Shown one piece after another: positions 52,001 to 59,369 of a DNA stretch of 64,000 nucleotides. Origin of the DNA: Nitrosopumilus sp. Its GTDB lineage: Archaea; Thermoproteota; Nitrososphaeria; Nitrososphaerales; Nitrosopumilaceae. The translations under genes and the position numbers were made by a program. Under the pieces are notes generated by a model that saw nothing but the letters and a program-made list of their open reading frames with translations, did no database searches and was not told the DNA's origin. The first letter of the stretch is position 1, and each line of letters begins with the position of its first letter. Location of the stretch: contig OY763927.2 in NCBI GenBank assembly GCA_963667665.2, positions 128,001 through 192,000 of the forward strand, read 5' to 3'.

Positions 52001-55000
52001 TGATGGCACTTCAATAACACTACACGACAATTCTGGCGGCAGCACCGACAACATAGACCAGCCGTACGCCCCGTTATTTGGAAGCATCCCCATCTCAGGT
52101 GTCTGGACCCTGCAGATACACGACAGGACTGCTCCCGATCCAGGAGTCCTGAACAGCTGGACACTTACCATCAATTACGGCACCACCACCACTGTCAGCC
52201 CCGTTACTGACATCTCAGGTTCAGGTGATGTGTACTATGTGACAGTCTCTGCCACGCAGGACGGCACATACAACCTTGATCTTGTCTCATCAGACCACAA
52301 CATTGTCGATGCTGCAAACAACTCGCTGACCAACACGGCTACCACCGGTGCAGACCAGACATACACCGTCAGTACCGCAGTTATAGACAACACCAACCCA
52401 AGACTTGCATCAATTGAGCGGTACAATCCTGCAACCGAGAATACGGACAACCAGACACTAGTCTACAAGGCAACCTTTAGCGAGGATGTCACGGGAGTAA
52501 CTGCATCCGACTTTGTCCTGTCTCCTAGCAGTACGGGAAGAGTCAGCGGCACCACCCAAGTCACCGGCATCTCAGGCTCCGGCGACACGTACTACGTTAC
52601 AGTCTCCTCATCTACTGACGGAACATACAACCTTGATCTTGTCTCATCAGACCACAACATTGTCGATGCTGCAAACAACTCGCTGACCAACACGGCTACT
52701 ACCGGTGCAGACCAGACATACACCGTCAGTACCGCAGTTATAGACAACACCAACCCAAGACTTGCATCAATTGAGCGGTACAATCCTGCAACCGAGAATA
52801 CGGACAGCCAGACACTAGTCTACAAGGCAACCTTTAGCGAGGATGTCACGGGAGTAACTGTATCTGACTTTACCTTGTCTTCTGACAGTGCGGGGGGAGA
52901 AAGCACATCCACCTCAACTGGACAGTTCACACAGACAAGATCCCCCAATCTTACCATACCTGACCTTGCAACTGTATCTGATACCATCACAGTCCCTGAT
53001 TCTGAAACTGCCACATCCGTCTCAGTTGAAGTAGACATTACGCATAACTACATCGGCGATCTCAAGATAGACATTATTGCCCCTGATGGCACTTCAATAA
53101 CACTACACGACAATTCTGGCGGCAGCACCGACAACATAGACCAGCCGTACGCCCCGTTATTTGGAAGCATCCCCATCTCAGGTGTCTGGACCCTGCAGAT
53201 ACACGACAGGACTGCTCCCGATCCAGGAGTCCTGAACAGCTGGACACTTACCATCAATTACGGCACCACCACCACTGTCAGCCCCGTTACTGACATCTCA
53301 GGTTCAGGTGATGTGTACTATGTGACAGTCTCTGCCACGCAGGACGGCACATACAACCTTGATCTTGTCTCATCAGACCACAACATTGTCGATGCTGCAA
53401 ACAACTCGCTGACCAACACGGCTACCACCGGTGCAGACCAGACATACACCGTCAGTACCGCAGTTATAGACAACACCAACCCAAGACTTGCATCAATTGA
53501 GCGGTACAATCCTGCAACCGAGAATACGGACAGCCAGACACTAGTCTACAAGGCAACCTTTAGCGAGGATGTCACGGGAGTAACTGCATCCGACTTTGTC
53601 CTGTCTCCTAGCAGTACGGGAAGAGTCAGCGGCACCACCCAAGTCACCGGCATCTCAGGCTCCGGCGACACGTACTACGTTACAGTCTCCTCATCTACTG
53701 ACGGAACATACAACCTTGATCTTGTCTCATCAGACCACAACATTGTCGATGCTGCAAACAACTCGCTGACCAACACGGCTACTACCGGTGCAGACCAGAC
53801 ATACACCGTCAGTACCGCAGTTATAGACAACACCAACCCAAGACTTGCATCAATTGAGCGGTACAATCCTGCAACCGAGAATACGGACAGCCAGACACTA
53901 GTCTACAAGGCAACCTTTAGCGAGGATGTCACGGGAGTAACTGTATCTGACTTTACCTTGTCTTCTGACAGTGCGGGGGGAGAAAGCACATCCACCTCAA
54001 CTGGACAGTTCACACAGACAAGATCCCCCAATCTTACCATACCTGACCTTGCAACTGTATCTGATACCATCACAGTCCCTGATTCTGAAACTGCCACATC
54101 CGTCTCAGTTGAAGTAGACATTACGCATAACTACATCGGCGATCTCAAGATAGACATTATTGCCCCTGATGGCACTTCAATAACACTACACGACAATTCT
54201 GGCGGCAGCACCGACAACATAGACCAGCCGTACGCCCCGTTATTTGGAAGCATCCCCATCTCAGGTGTCTGGACCCTGCAGATACACGACAGGACTGCTC
54301 CCGATCCAGGAGTCCTGAACAGCTGGACACTTACCATCAATTACGGCACCACCACCACTGTCAGCCCCGTTACTGACATCTCAGGTTCAGGTGATGTGTA
54401 CTATGTGACAGTCTCTGCCACGCAGGACGGCACATACAACCTTGATCTTGTCTCATCAGACCACAACATTGTCGATGCTGCAAACAACTCGCTGACCAAC
54501 ACGGCTACTACCGGTGCAGACCAGACATACACCGTCAGTACCGCAGTTATAGACAACACCAACCCAAGACTTGCATCAATTGAGCGGTACAATCCTGCAA
54601 CCGAGAATACGGACAGCCAGACACTAGTCTACAAGGCAACCTTTAGCGAGGATGTCACGGGAGTAACTGTATCTGACTTTACCTTGTCTTCTGACAGTGC
54701 GGGGGGAGAAAGCACATCCACCTCAACTGGACAGTTCACACAGACAAGATCCCCCAATCTTACCATACCTGACCTTGCAACTGTATCTGATACCATCACA
54801 GTCCCTGATTCTGAAACTGCCACATCCGTCTCAGTTGAAGTAGACATTACGCATAACTACATCGGCGATCTCAAGATAGACATTATTGCCCCTGATGGCA
54901 CTTCAATAACACTACACGACAATTCTGGCGGCAGCACCGACAACATAGACCAGCCGTACGCCCCGTTATTTGGAAGCATCCCCATCTCAGGTGTCTGGAC

Positions 55001-57440
55001 CCTGCAGATACACGACAGGACTGCTCCCGATCCAGGAGTCCTGAACAGCTGGACACTTACCATCAATTACGGCACCACCACCACTGTCAGCCCCGTTACT
55101 GACATCTCAGGTTCAGGTGATGTGTACTATGTGACAGTCTCTGCCACGCAGGACGGCACATACAACCTTGATCTTGTCTCATCAGACCACAACATTGTCG
55201 ATGCTGCAAACAACTCGCTGACCAACACGGCTACCACCGGTGCAGACCAGACATACACCGTCAGTACCGCAGTTATAGACAACACCAACCCAAGACTTGC
55301 ATCAATTGAGCGGTACAATCCTGCAACCGAGAATACGGACAGCCAGACACTAGTCTACAAGGCAACCTTTAGCGAGGATGTCACGGGAGTAACTGTATCT
55401 GACTTTACCTTGTCTTCTGACAGTGCGGGGGGAGAAAGCACATCCACCTCAACTGGACAGTTCACACAGACAAGATCCCCCAATCTTACCATACCTGACC
55501 TTGCAACTGTATCTGATACCATCACAGTCCCTGATTCTGAAACTGCCACATCCGTCTCAGTTGAAGTAGACATTACGCATAACTACATCGGCGATCTCAA
55601 GATAGACATTATTGCCCCTGATGGCACTTCAATAACACTACACGACAATTCTGGCGGCAGCACCGACAACATAGACCAGCCGTACGCCCCGTTATTTGGA
55701 AGCATCCCCATCTCAGGTGTCTGGACCCTGCAGATACACGACAGGACTGCTCCCGATCCAGGAGTCCTGAACAGCTGGACACTTACCATCAATTACGGCA
55801 CCACCACCACTGTCAGCCCCGTTACTGACATCTCAGGTTCAGGTGATGTGTACTATGTGACAGTCTCTGCCACGCAGGACGGCACATACAACCTTGATCT
55901 TGTCTCATCAGACCACAACATTGTCGATGCTGCAAACAACTCGCTGACCAACACGGCTACCACCGGTGCAGACCAGACATACACCGTCAGTACCGCAGTT
56001 ATAGACAACACCAACCCAAGACTTGCATCAATTGAGCGGTACAATCCTGCAACCGAGAATACGGACAGCCAGACACTAGTCTACAAGGCAACCTTTAGCG
56101 AGGATGTCACGGGAGTAACTGCATCCGACTTTGTCCTGTCTCCTAGCAGTACGGGAAGAGTCAGCGGCACCACCCAAGTCACCGGCATCTCAGGCTCCGG
56201 CGACACGTACTACGTTACAGTCTCCTCATCTACTGACGGAACATACAACCTTGATCTTGTCTCATCAGACCACAACATTGTCGATGCTGCAAACAACTCG
56301 CTGACCAACACGGCTACTACCGGTGCAGACCAGACATACACCGTCAGTACCGCAGTTATAGACAACACCAACCCAAGACTTGCATCAATTGAGCGGTACA
56401 ATCCTGCAACCGAGAATACGGACAGCCAGACACTAGTCTACAAGGCAACCTTTAGCGAGGATGTCACGGGAGTAACTGTATCTGACTTTACCTTGTCTTC
56501 TGACAGTGCGGGGGGAGAAAGCACATCCACCTCAACTGGACAGTTCACACAGACAAGATCCCCCAATCTTACCATACCTGACCTTGCAACTGTATCTGAT
56601 ACCATCACAGTCCCTGATTCTGAAACTGCCACATCCGTCTCAGTTGAAGTAGACATTACGCATAACTACATCGGCGATCTCAAGATAGACATTATTGCCC
56701 CTGATGGCACTTCAATAACACTACACGACAATTCTGGCGGCAGCACCGACAACATAGACCAGCCGTACGCCCCGTTATTTGGAAGCATCCCCATCTCAGG
56801 TGTCTGGACCCTGCAGATACACGACAGGGATGCTCCCGATCCAGGAGTCCTGAACAGCTGGACACTTACCATCAATTACGGCACCACCACCACTGTCAGC
56901 CCCGTTACTGACATCTCAGGTTCAGGTGATGTGTACTATGTGACAGTCTCTGCCACGCAGGACGGCACATACAACCTTGATCTTGTCTCATCAGACCACA
57001 ACATTGTCGATGCTACAAACAACTCGCTGACCAACACGGCTACCACCGGTGCAGACCAGACATACACCGTCAGTACCGCAGTTATAGACAACACCAACCC
57101 AAGACTTGCATCAATTGAGCGGTACAGTCCTACATCCCAAAATACGAACAGCCAGTTCCTGATCTACAAGGCAACCTTTAGCGAGAACGTTACGGGAGTG
57201 ACTGAATCTGACTTTACTTTGTCACCTGGCAGCACGGGAGGGGAAAATAACGGCATCAGTCCGATCATCGGCATCACAGGTTCCGGCGACACATACTACG
57301 TGATAGTTTCCTCAACCGTTGACGGGACATACAACCTTGATCTTGTCTCATCAGACCACAACATTGCAGATGCTGCAAACAACTCGCTGACCAACACGGT
57401 TCCCATCACCGGAATTGATCAGACGTACACAAAGATCTAA
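40095..57440 (+). CDS. Giant (5781 aa) repetitive surface protein/adhesin: LVIVD-like propeller, 3x [PKD-like + DUF285/BspA-like solenoid], 19 DUF5011-like Ig repeats, Ig and P-domain array
   Basis: Uninterrupted 17.3-kb ORF, N-terminal hydrophobic segment, T/D/S/V-rich; domains recognised from motifs. Confidence 0.92.
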   Translation: MNRHLYPQIRTIHVLSVIVVFAISAGILLAAQSGCIGATLAGTDGSYNTPDTGLSEHAPVQAVTAWEGMSNLSVACQIADTFADMLFTGVLDVAYAVHAVLSLTAVDNITDDDISLVLNGASDITTFKLGNHTYAAVAAYANLGVQILNVTDPSNITAAGSIIDMGEETADLELRGARGITTFESGGHTYAAVAAYSSDGVQILNITNPSIITAAGNTADIGTNTDDLELNGARGIATFVSGGHTYAAVAAHLDDGVQILNITDPLHITAAGNITDTDTLELEGASGIATFESGGHTYVAVAAYLDNGVQILDVTDPLHIIPAGNITKIGSNTDDLELNGAYGITTFVSGGHTYAAVAAFLDDGVQILNITDPLHITPAGSIDTSTLKLNGAQDITTFTSGDHTYVAVAANRDNGVQILDVTDPLHIVPAGNIADIGNNNDDLELNRAQGITTFESGGHIYAAVAAFEDDGVQIIRIDIPPDTTSPADAFVTTWRTTSADESITLPLVGTDITINWGDGSTTAGVSTPVDHTYNTAGDYTVQITGGLTWFHLNNAADASKLVSLDQWGTASWASMENAFSGASNMVYNAGDAPDLSGVTDMSNMFDSAAAFDGDLSSWDVSSVTDMNSMFSGASVFNQPLNDWVVSSVTDMSGMFYEASDFNQPLNDWNVSSVTDMSNMFRSASDFNQPLNDWNVSSVTDMSGMFFRASSFNQLLNDWNVSSVTDMHNMFAVARSFNQPLNDWDVSSVASMSNMFHIASDFNQPLNSWNVSRVTNMDDMFNFATAFSQNLGNWYVVANATSIARADVPRVVAEISAQNDHLNGHKPTYGISRDSDYAFFEIVNGNKINMTSVGTKSSYRVNVTASGSNVFEDGNNWRLLEIKVTDQTTDTTPPVIKLEGSSLVTITVDETYTEQGAVCDDDVDADKPATVGGDTVDTSTVGQYTVTYDCTDSSNNEATQVSRTVNVQSAPDTDAPVIIITGSANIQLTVVETYTEQGAVCDDDVDADKPATVGGDTVDTSTVGQYTVTYDCTDSSNNEATQVSRTVNVQSAPDTDAPVIIITGSANIQLTVVETYTEQGAVCDDDVDADKPATVGGDTVDTSTVGQYTVTYDCTDSSNNEATQVSRTVNVQSAPDTDAPVIIITGSANIQLTVDETYTEQGAVCDDDVDADKPATVGGDTVDTSTVGQYTVTYDCTDSSNNEATQVSRTVNVQSAPDTDAPVIIITGSANIQLTVDETYTEQGAVCDDDVDADKPATVGGDTADTSTVGQYTVTYDCTDSSNNEATQVSRTVNVQSAPDTDAPVIIITGSANIQLTVDETYTEQGAVCDDDVDADKPATVGGDTADTSTVGQYTVTYDCTDSSNNEATQVSRTVTVIETGAPFITTWTATDSDKSITLPMKGMYSILWGDGSNSTNVSDSQSHTYSTAGTYTVTVLGDGLEYIRLHGDTANALQLKSIDQWGDTRWTTMHEAFYGARNMVYNATDTPDLSLVTDTSYMFDSATAFDGDLSSWDVSAVTNMNRMFFGASSFNQTISSWDVSAVTDMHRMFYEASDFNQPLNDWDVSSVSEMGSMFYQAADFNQPLNAWDVSSVTDMSDMFDFATSFNQPLNSWDVSKVTNMFGMFSSASSFNQTLNSWDVSSVTDMSYMFFGASSFDQPLNNWNVSSVTDMTSMFEGATSFNQPLNRWNVSSVIGVGMIFMFHNADDFDQNLGNWYVVANATSIARADVPRVVAEISAQNDHLNGHNLTYGIGRDNDYAFFEIVNDNKINMTSVGTKSSYRVNVTASGSNVFESGNNWRLLEIKVTDQTTDTTPPVIKLEGSSLVTITVDETYTEQGAVCDDDVDADKPATVGGDTVDTSTVGQYTVTYDCTDSSNNEATQVSRTVNVQSAPDTDAPVIIITGLTNIQLTVDETYTEQGAVCDDDVDADKPATVGGDTVDTSTVGQYTVTYDCTDSSNNEATQVSRTVNVQSAPDTDAPVIIITGSANIQLTVVETYTEQGAVCDDDVDADKPATVGGDTVDTSTVGQYTVTYDCTDSSNNEATQVSRTVNVQSAPDTDAPVIIITGLTNIQLTVDETYTEQGAVCDDDVDADKPATVGGDTVDTSTVGQYTVTYDCTDSSNNEATQVSRTVNVQSAPDTDAPVIIITGLTNIQLTVVETYTEQGAVCDDDVDADKPATVGGDTVDTSTVGQYTVTYDCTDSSNNEATQVSRTVNVQSAPDTDAPVIIITGSANIQLTVDETYTEQGAVCDDDVDADKPATVGGDTVDTSTVGQYTVTYDCTDSSNNEATQVSRTVNVQSAPDTDAPVIIITGLTNIQLTVVETYTEQGAVCDDDVDADKPATVGGDTVDTSTVGQYTVTYDCTDSSNNEATQVSRTVNVQSAPDTDAPVIIITGSANIQLTVDETYTEQGAVCDDDVDADKPATVGGDTVDTSTVGQYTVTYDCTDSSNNEATQVSRTVNVQSAPDTDAPVIIITGSANIQLTVDETYTEQGAVCDDDVDADKPATVGGDTVDTSTVGQYTVTYDCTDSSNNEATQVSRTVNVQSAPDTDAPVIIITGLTNIQLTVVETYTEQGAVCDDDVDADKPATVGGDTVDTSTVGQYTVTYDCTDSSNNEATQVSRTVNVQSAPDTDAPVIIITGSANIQLTVDETYTEQGAVCDDDVDADKPATVGGDTVDTSTVGQYTVTYDCTDSSNNEATQVSRTVNVQSAPDTDAPVIIITGSANIQLTVDETYTEQGAVCDDDVDADKPATVGGDTVDTSTVGQYTVTYDCTDSSNNEATQVSRTVNVQSAPDTDAPVIIITGLTNIQLTVVETYTEQGAVCDDDVDADKPATVGGDTVDTSTVGQYTVTYDCTDSSNNEATQVSRTVIVQTAVTPRITLSADAFITTWRTDSANQTITIPVGGSTARYSIDWGDNSPAETDITGDSTHTYREADSYTVSISGGLERFYLDGQQPNAGRLASIEQWGDTKWTTMNGAFDGAANMVYRATDAPNLSGVINMSGMFGGASSFNGDLSSWDVSSVTDMSDMFFEASSFNGDLSSWDVSAVTNMSSMFDNAYDFNGNLSSWDVSAVTDMSNMFFYAISFNQPHNDWDVSSVTDMSRMFAGAISFDRPLNSWNVSAVNDMRGMFQTASSFNQPLNSWNVSAVTNMKRMFNSASSFNGNLGNWYITLDNASVTGILQAVGNITPQNEFLATHEPTYGIGSSSDSEHFGINGAALVLMTIPDANPAIVNITSTGDFGTSNSRIFEITILPGVADTTNPRLASIERSSPTSQNTDSQSLIYEVTFSESVTGVTSSDFILSLVGSNAGIGSITGISGSGSVYYVTVSAAQDGTYNLDLVSSGHGIRDAANNLLNNTTPTTGTDETYTVSTAVIDNTNPRLASIERYNPATENTDNQTLVYKATFSEDVTGVTASDFVLSPSSTGRVSGTTQVTGISGSGDTYYVTVSSSTDGTYNLDLVSSDHNIVDAANNSLTNTATTGADQTYTVSTAVIDNTNPRLASIERYNPATENTDSQTLVYKATFSEDVTGVTVSDFTLSSDSAGGESTSTSTGQFTQTRSPNLTIPDLATVSDTITVPDSETATSVSVEVDITHNYIGDLKIDIIAPDGTSITLHDNSGGSTDNIDQPYAPLFGSIPISGVWTLQIHDRTAPDPGVLNSWTLTINYGTTTTVSSVTDISGSGDVYYVTVSATQDGTYNLDLVSSDHNIVDAANNSLTNTATTGADQTYTVSTAVIDNTNPRLASIERYNPATENTDNQTLVYKATFSEDVTGVTASDFVLSPSSTGRVSGTTQVTGISGSGDTYYVTVSSSTDGTYNLDLVSSDHNIVDAANNSLTNTATTGADQTYTVSTAVIDNTNPRLASIERYNPATENTDSQTLVYKATFSEDVTGVTVSDFTLSSDSAGGESTSTSTGQFTQTRSPNLTIPDLATVSDTITVPDSETATSVSVEVDITHNYIGDLKIDIIAPDGTSITLHDNSGGSTDNIDQPYAPLFGSIPISGVWTLQIHDRTAPDPGVLNSWTLTINYGTTTTVSPVTDISGSGDVYYVTVSATQDGTYNLDLVSSDHNIVDAANNSLTNTATTGADQTYTVSTAVIDNTNPRLASIERYNPATENTDNQTLVYKATFSEDVTGVTASDFVLSPSSTGRVSGTTQVTGISGSGDTYYVTVSSSTDGTYNLDLVSSDHNIVDAANNSLTNTATTGADQTYTVSTAVIDNTNPRLASIERYNPATENTDSQTLVYKATFSEDVTGVTVSDFTLSSDSAGGESTSTSTGQFTQTRSPNLTIPDLATVSDTITVPDSETATSVSVEVDITHNYIGDLKIDIIAPDGTSITLHDNSGGSTDNIDQPYAPLFGSIPISGVWTLQIHDRTAPDPGVLNSWTLTINYGTTTTVSPVTDISGSGDVYYVTVSATQDGTYNLDLVSSDHNIVDAANNSLTNTATTGADQTYTVSTAVIDNTNPRLASIERYNPATENTDSQTLVYKATFSEDVTGVTASDFVLSPSSTGRVSGTTQVTGISGSGDTYYVTVSSSTDGTYNLDLVSSDHNIVDAANNSLTNTATTGADQTYTVSTAVIDNTNPRLASIERYNPATENTDSQTLVYKATFSEDVTGVTVSDFTLSSDSAGGESTSTSTGQFTQTRSPNLTIPDLATVSDTITVPDSETATSVSVEVDITHNYIGDLKIDIIAPDGTSITLHDNSGGSTDNIDQPYAPLFGSIPISGVWTLQIHDRTAPDPGVLNSWTLTINYGTTTTVSPVTDISGSGDVYYVTVSATQDGTYNLDLVSSDHNIVDAANNSLTNTATTGADQTYTVSTAVIDNTNPRLASIERYNPATENTDSQTLVYKATFSEDVTGVTVSDFTLSSDSAGGESTSTSTGQFTQTRSPNLTIPDLATVSDTITVPDSETATSVSVEVDITHNYIGDLKIDIIAPDGTSITLHDNSGGSTDNIDQPYAPLFGSIPISGVWTLQIHDRTAPDPGVLNSWTLTINYGTTTTVSPVTDISGSGDVYYVTVSATQDGTYNLDLVSSDHNIVDAANNSLTNTATTGADQTYTVSTAVIDNTNPRLASIERYNPATENTDSQTLVYKATFSEDVTGVTVSDFTLSSDSAGGESTSTSTGQFTQTRSPNLTIPDLATVSDTITVPDSETATSVSVEVDITHNYIGDLKIDIIAPDGTSITLHDNSGGSTDNIDQPYAPLFGSIPISGVWTLQIHDRTAPDPGVLNSWTLTINYGTTTTVSPVTDISGSGDVYYVTVSATQDGTYNLDLVSSDHNIVDAANNSLTNTATTGADQTYTVSTAVIDNTNPRLASIERYNPATENTDSQTLVYKATFSEDVTGVTASDFVLSPSSTGRVSGTTQVTGISGSGDTYYVTVSSSTDGTYNLDLVSSDHNIVDAANNSLTNTATTGADQTYTVSTAVIDNTNPRLASIERYNPATENTDSQTLVYKATFSEDVTGVTVSDFTLSSDSAGGESTSTSTGQFTQTRSPNLTIPDLATVSDTITVPDSETATSVSVEVDITHNYIGDLKIDIIAPDGTSITLHDNSGGSTDNIDQPYAPLFGSIPISGVWTLQIHDRDAPDPGVLNSWTLTINYGTTTTVSPVTDISGSGDVYYVTVSATQDGTYNLDLVSSDHNIVDATNNSLTNTATTGADQTYTVSTAVIDNTNPRLASIERYSPTSQNTNSQFLIYKATFSENVTGVTESDFTLSPGSTGGENNGISPIIGITGSGDTYYVIVSSTVDGTYNLDLVSSDHNIADAANNSLTNTVPITGIDQTYTKI
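40400..41530 (+). repeat. Seven LVIVD-like repeats (~51-56 aa), probable 7-bladed beta-propeller
   Basis: Seven copies of HxYxAVAAxxxxGVQI. Confidence 0.8.
41880..42475 (+). repeat. DUF285/BspA-like 25-aa (75-bp) repeats, block 1, 8 units
   Basis: MxxMFxxAxxFNQPLNxWxVSSVTD. Confidence 0.88.
42759..44225 (+). repeat. Six near-identical 246-bp (82-aa) DUF5011/HYR-like Ig repeats
   Basis: YTEQGAVCDDDVD...VDTSTVGQYTVTYDCTDSSNNEATQVSRTV with a 246-bp period. Confidence 0.92.
44570..45240 (+). repeat. DUF285/BspA-like repeats, block 2, 9 units
   Basis: Same 25-aa consensus as block 1. Confidence 0.88.
45522..48715 (+). repeat. Thirteen near-identical 246-bp Ig repeats
   Basis: Same unit as 42759-44225; antisense shadow ORFs recur every 246 bp. 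Confidence 0.92.
49090..49600 (+). repeat. DUF285/BspA-like repeats, block 3, 7 units
   Basis: Same 25-aa consensus as block 1. Confidence 0.88.
50220..57086 (+). repeat. Array of 357-bp (A, Ig-like) and 726-bp (B, Ig-like with inserted P-domain) units, order ABABABABBBAB
   Basis: Every unit starts DNTNPRLASIERY (50220, 50577, 51303, 51660, 52386, 52743, 53469, 53826, 54552, 55278, 56004, 56361); B carries ITHNYIGDL...GVWTLQIHD...LNSWTL. Confidence 0.9.
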
Positions 57441-57611
57441 AACCTTGTATAATCGCCTAATATTTTTAACCCCACACGTCCTGTAAGGGGTTATCTATGT
57501 CAGAAGTTGAAAATGTGCTCCGTAAATGGATTTTTTGCTCATAATCTCATAATCTAATTGATATTATTTTTTGATATACGATGCTAAATGTTCAAAACTT
57601 AACCAGTTAAC

Positions 57612-58162
57612 ATGTCAAACCAGAAAAACGAACAAGGTTTCCGGGACATCGTTACGAAAGAAGAATTCAAGGTCTTGTATGACGCGTTGGAATATGTAAA
57701 TATACCATTTTCAACAGACAGTTTTTTAATCACTGTCAGACTGTCAATACCGCTTCCTTTCTAGAACATATGGACAAGGTGTACAGGGAGGTAGGCAAGA
57801 TGGTCCTGATACTAGACAAGGCACCGTGGCATATATCCAAGGAGACGAAAAGATTCTTTGCAGAGCGCGACATTATTGTCCTGTGGTATCCTATCGGACA
57901 TCCATATCTGAATCCCGTAGAGGAAGTATGGAGCGTACTCAAACGTGTAATGAATCATTCCATACGTTATGCAGACAAGGATGCACATCTGGCAGCAGTG
58001 TATGAATTTATCAGGGTACACAAGTTTGATTATAATTTTAAGAAATTCTGGAAGAGAAAACCGCCCAAAGGAATCATGCGGCCATTCATAAAGATGGATG
58101 ATCCGCCAAATCCCGACATTGTATCACACCAGGTATCGTCTAAACCTGCACAAAAACAATGA
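57612..58162 (+). mobile_element. IS630-family transposase remnant (C-terminal DDE part at 57770-58162)
   Basis: LILDKAPWH and HPYLNPVEEVWSVLK motifs; N-terminal part deleted or out of frame. Confidence 0.8.
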
Positions 58163-58336
58163 TTGTACGAATAGTTTGATCTTCTGTATGTATCATGTTG
58201 GTGCCTGCATTTTTTTCCAATGTGATATGTATAGTCATACATGAATCTGAATTTTAATTTTCCATGCATTTTGTTTTGTGCTTTTGGCATATTCCCCAGA
58301 CAAGAGGCATTATGCCTATGATGGTCCTAAAATATC

Positions 58337-59056
58337 ATGTACAGAAACTTATGCACGTTGCTATACATGTTGCTAAACGCCGCAGATTATGGAGCACCAC
58401 AAATTAGAAAGCGCGCATTTATTGTCGGATCAAAGAGCGAAATTCCAATTGAACCCCCCGTACAAACACACGGATCAAAGGAAGATTTGAAAAAGAACCC
58501 TGCACTTTTGCGACACCTGAAACTGATTGAGGCAATAGATGACCTCCCAACAATTAGAACTGGAAACATTACATCAAACACTGATGATTACCTCCCAAAA
58601 TCAAACCCATTTCAGGTTGAAATGAGGAAAAAATCGGCCAAAGTCAAGGATCACATAGTAACAAAAAATTCTTCTCTTGTGATTGAGAGGATAAAGGCTG
58701 TTCCACCAGGAGGCAACTGGGAAGACATACCACGAAAGCTTATGCAAGTTGATGGAAAGTATAGCAGGATTGAAAAGGCTCACAGTATGATATACAAAAG
58801 ACTCCGCAAAAATGAGCCAGCAATTACAATTACAAACTTTAGGAAAGGAATGATGATTCATCCAACGCAGAACAGGTTGTTTTCTGTTAGGGAAGCTGCA
58901 AGAATTCAAACGTTTCCTGATGATTATGTCTTCAAAGGAGGACTAAGTTCAAAACAACAGCAAGTAGCTGATGCAGTGCCAGTAATGCTTGCAAAAAAAG
59001 TATCCGAATCTGTCTTGAAACACCTCCATCAGGTAATCAAAATAGCATCTGTTTAG
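58337..59056 (+). pseudogene. C-terminal half of a C5-cytosine DNA methyltransferase
   Basis: Motif VIII LNAADYGAPQIRKR, IX RLFSVREAARIQTFPD, X QVADAVP; motifs I, IV (PC) and VI (ENV) are absent. Confidence 0.85.
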
Positions 59057-59063
59057 ATAAAAA

Positions 59064-59357
59064 ATGACTGACATCTTTTCAAAAGAAAAAAAAAGTATTG
59101 TGTTTAAGGATAGTGTATGTTGTATTTGTAATGAACATAAGAAATTTCTTGCACGAATTAATGCTGGAAAAAAACTCTATTGCATGCAATGTGAGGCAAA
59201 AATTACTAAAGAATATGGTACAAATTATTGGAAATCATGTTCTTTTGAAGAATTTCTAGAAAGTGCATCAGATTCTCATGGGGAAAAAAGAAGTTGGAGA
59301 ACATCAAATATGTTTTCAAACATAAGAAAAACGTTACAACAATCAGATGAAGAATAA
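59064..59357 (+). CDS. Probably chimeric ORF: Vsr-like first 9 residues fused to a Cys-rich hypothetical sequence
   Basis: MTDIFSKEK matches Vsr N-termini and follows the methylase by 7 nt; remainder CCIC..YCMQC is unrelated to Vsr. Confidence 0.5.
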   Translation: MTDIFSKEKKSIVFKDSVCCICNEHKKFLARINAGKKLYCMQCEAKITKEYGTNYWKSCSFEEFLESASDSHGEKRSWRTSNMFSNIRKTLQQSDEE

Positions 59358-59369
59358 GATGCATGAAGG

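Larger units (their letters stand above)
38700..59369. mobile_element. GC-shifted genomic island at the 3' side of tRNA-Gln (boundaries approximate)
   Basis: Abrupt change from AT-rich core to C/G-ending codons near 38,750; integrase, IS and methylase remnants; right edge at the tRNA-Gln 3' end. No att repeat found. Confidence 0.7.

Noticed and set aside
42693-56875. Dozens of repeated 60-75 aa minus-strand ORFs
   Set aside because: Antisense shadows of the giant gene's tandem repeats; they recur at the same 246/357/726-bp periods.
58230-58365. Possible MITE bounded by TATAG...CTATA upstream of the truncated methylase
   Set aside because: Inverted match beyond 5 bp is too weak to support a call.
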